Positions 37,640 to 40,000 of a stretch of DNA of 40,000 bases are shown one piece after another. The notes beneath the pieces were generated by a model. That model saw only the letters and a program-made list of their open reading frames with translations, did not search any database and was not told where the DNA came from. How positions within the stretch are numbered: the stretch's first letter is position 1; each line of letters starts with the position of its first letter. The translations under genes were made by a program, and so were the position numbers. This stretch comes from Methanosarcina sp. (lineage in GTDB: Archaea; Halobacteriota; Methanosarcinia; Methanosarcinales; Methanosarcinaceae): assembly GCA_036504475.1 (NCBI GenBank), contig DASXVB010000208.1, positions 527 through 40,526 of the forward strand. Direction: 5' to 3'.

Positions 37640-38600
37640 AAAATTAATTCTTGGATTTCAGCTTGCTGTCTAGAAAGGAAATATCATAGGCAACAGTACC
37701 TATCAAATTAAGAACAAGAGAGTTTGAAAATATATCTGCCACGAATGCGGCAGAGTATTCAACGATCTAACTAACACCGTTTTCGATAATATTCGAAAAG
37801 ATGAGTCCATTGTCAAATTAGCCTTAAAGATAGCTATTGAGGGAATGTCAATAAAAGCCATTGCTGACGTATTAGAAGCTCAACCAGCTACAGTTAGTAA
37901 CTGGTTGTTTCGCGCAGCGAAACAATGTGAAAAGGTAAATGAAGATTTGATGAAATATCTGAATATTTCAAAAGTTGAAATGGATGAATTGTGGGTACCA
38001 GTCGAAAAAAGTTGCACCAAGAACAGAATAGAACTTATGCACTTGAGTACAAAATCATGAACAATCTACATTGTGACTGGCTTATGTTTTAGACAGTTTG
38101 AGGTTTAATGCTATTGCTTTCTTAGTTCAACTGCTTAAGTCCTAAGAAAATGAAGATGAATGAACCTGAATGTGAATAAGCTTTGCTCCTTAATCCAGGT
38201 TAATTCTTGATTTTGTATTGGAACCAAGAAAGCAGTATGTAACAGATAAATTGATAGAAGCTACAGATAAACATCTTTCAGATTCAAAACCTCTTTTTGT
38301 TACAGATAGATTAAAATTCTATACAGAGTCTCTTTTGAAATAATATGGAGAATGAGTAGAGTTTCCTAAAACTGGTAAGAGAGGAAGACCTAAGAAACCA
38401 GCAATAATACCTGACAAAGATTTGAAGTATGCTCAGGTTGTCAAAAATAAGCAATGAAGTGAGCTCCAAAACGTTGAGAGAAGAGTTATCTTTGGCCAAA
38501 ACATAGATCAAAGTGAAATTTCAACGAGTTTACTTGAAAGAAAGAACTTGACTTTTAGACAGGACAATAATAGAATTTCAAGTAACGAACATGATAGAAA
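37640..38600 (+). pseudogene. IS1-like transposase (InsA/InsB-type), multiply interrupted, 3-prime end missing
   Basis: The frames read ..YICHECGRVFNDLTNTVFDN.. (zinc finger), MSIKAIADVLEAQPATVSNWL (HTH), VEMDELW, LILDFVLEPRKQYVTDKLIEATDKHL, FPKTGKRGRPKKP and ERKNLTFRQDNNRIS, with stops and frameshifts between them. Confidence 0.7.
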
Positions 38601-38686
38601 AATTACCTAATATAAATTTAAAACAAAAACAGAAAAAAAATTGTCTGCCTCAAGGTACAAAATAGATTTATTTATATAGTAAATAT

Positions 38687-38758
38687 AGCCCGGCACGGAT
38701 TCGAACCGAGGTTGCAGGATCCAGAGTCCCGCATGATTGACCACTACACTACCGGGCT
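38687..38758 (-). tRNA. tRNA-Gln (anticodon CUG)
   Basis: The reverse complement is AGCCCGG TA GTGTAGTGGTCAATCAT G CGGGA CTCTGGA TCCTG CAAC CTCGG TTCGAAT CCGTG CCGGGCT. It has a 7-bp acceptor stem, a 5-bp anticodon stem, the loop CU-CUG-GA and the T-loop TTCGAAT. There is one U-U mismatch in the T stem, and no CCA is encoded. Confidence 0.88.
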
Positions 38759-38908
38759 TCGATGATTTTTCACTGTTGGGCACATTTCTTTCGGCCTGAA
38801 GCGTATCTTCTAAAGGAAGAATTTATATAAAAATCTTTCGGCTAAAATAGTAATTTCGAATCTTCTAGGTTTCTAAACTTGTTTTTACTTTCGGGCCAGA
38901 TTTTCTAG

Positions 38909-39085
38909 CCTATTGCATTTACAAAAAAGTGTGAAGTTCATTATTCTACAACAGATGACAAAATAATTCCTTTCTGCACATACAACATGCTTTACAGGAA
39001 TTCGGTTAAGCCAAAGTTTTCAATGCCTGATATGCCAAAAAGAATAAAATCGGGCAAGCAGGACGTAAACAAAATGGACGGATAA
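38909..39085 (+). pseudogene. C-terminal remnant of a radical-SAM-type protein
   Basis: ..CEVHYSTTDDKIIPFCTYNMLYRNSVKPKF.. resembles the conserved C-terminal tail (C..HY...DG.IIPFC.YN..YR) of large archaeal radical SAM enzymes. There is no upstream coding continuation. Confidence 0.4.
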
Positions 39086-39238
39086 AAGCCAACAATTAGA
39101 AATATGAAATCGGAAAAGGGCTATCAGAATAAACATCAAAAAGTTATCAAAAATCAATACGTTAGGAAGCCTTTTAGATATTTAAAGTGATCCATAAGGC
39201 CTGGTCCAAATTTAATGTATGTTAGTTCTGTACTCAGT

Positions 39239-39329
39239 TAAGTTATTACTTATTTAAGTTATTACTCAATTAAGTTATTACTCAATTAAGTTACCTTAGT
39301 CAAGTTACTACTTATTTAAGTTACATATC
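39239..39329. repeat. ~16-bp tandem repeat, about 5.5 copies (taagttattactcaat)
   Basis: The copies read taagttattacttatt / taagttattactcaat / taagttattactcaat / taagttaccttagtca / agttactacttattt / aagttacatatc. Confidence 0.85.
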
Positions 39330-39649
39330 TTCTTTGTACCTTTTCTATACACCGGGACTGACCCTATGGACCAATTATAATTATGTAACTAATACTATAA
39401 TAAAATAACGATAGAAATTTGTTTTTTAGCATTACTGCTAAAGAAGTACGTCCAAATTCTGAATCTTGAGACAAAGCTATAGACAAACCATGATCAAGCT
39501 ATTGAAAAGGTTTCATATATAGACAATTTGCAAAGACAAAACGCCCTTAATAAAGAGCAGACATGCCTGAGAAACACAAAATAATTACCTGACCTTATCT
39601 GGCCAGCCCAATTTATTCAAACACTGGTTTTTTTCAGGCATTTCAGGCA

Positions 39650-40000
39650 TTAACACATTCCCAGGGCCGTAAAGAGCTTCTTCAAATCTGCCTTTGACTT
39701 TTCAACAAAAACTCCTCTAGTTCCCGAGATCATAACAGTCCAGTCACCGCCGCTGTACATCCAGTTATCCTGAGGTACCCAGTTCATTTTGTAAAGCTGC
39801 GAGTAAGCACTTGCCAGAGCATCGAACATAATGTTCACGGCTCCGCAGAATTTTGCAGTCATCTCAGCCATTTCTTTTGGCATCGTGTCCCTAGATTTAT
39901 ATTCCACAAGCTTTCCTTCGGGGCTGAAAATTCCAGCAGCCATCACCCCATCAAACTTCAGAAGTTCGTCTAATGATAAATTACATTCCTGCTTGCCCAT
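39650..40000 (-). CDS. conserved hypothetical protein (116 aa, DUF2173/roadblock-like)
   Basis: A complete ORF whose ATG is at the window edge. FDGVMAAGIFSPEGKLVEYK ... GGDWTVMISGTRGVFVE resembles the small conserved family found in Methanosarcinales. The family assignment is from memory. Confidence 0.55.
   Translation of the reverse strand: MGKQECNLSLDELLKFDGVMAAGIFSPEGKLVEYKSRDTMPKEMAEMTAKFCGAVNIMFDALASAYSQLYKMNWVPQDNWMYSGGDWTVMISGTRGVFVEKSKADLKKLFTALGMC

Overview
This is an AT-rich, heavily mosaic accessory region of an archaeal genome. It looks like Methanosarcina, based on methanogenesis marker protein 8, a two-TM K+ channel, a tRNA-Gln and IS1-like/IS4-like debris, but no database search was possible. 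The main feature is a complete casposon of about 17.4 kb at 12796-30179. It carries a solo Cas1 (casposase), a family B DNA polymerase, an HNH nuclease and small DNA-binding proteins, all on the minus strand. It is bounded by imperfect terminal inverted repeats of about 315 bp, whose outermost ~60 bp are nearly identical, and by a 14-bp direct target-site duplication, GATTAATATTAATA. There is no cas2, no other cas gene and no CRISPR array in the window. More than half of the element is cargo: a HEAT-repeat protein with a 200-aa partner, a 922-aa STAND NTPase-TPR protein, and an overlapping pair of 196 aa and 548 aa whose larger member has a PD-(D/E)xK-like N-terminus. A diverged solo terminal repeat abuts the left duplication, and an inverted PolB-tail/Cas1-head remnant lies inside the element; both point to serial integration and recombination between casposons. 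Upstream lies a small integrase module: tyrosine recombinase, RHH protein, a 552-aa P-loop-like protein and an origin-like AT-rich region flanked by inverted repeats. Downstream is about 4.5 kb of nearly ORF-free AT-rich DNA with MITE-like palindromic elements, then decayed genes (HEPN-like, PPK2, IS1-like, a radical-SAM tail) and housekeeping genes. All functional calls rest on motifs read by eye, and several gene starts are uncertain.
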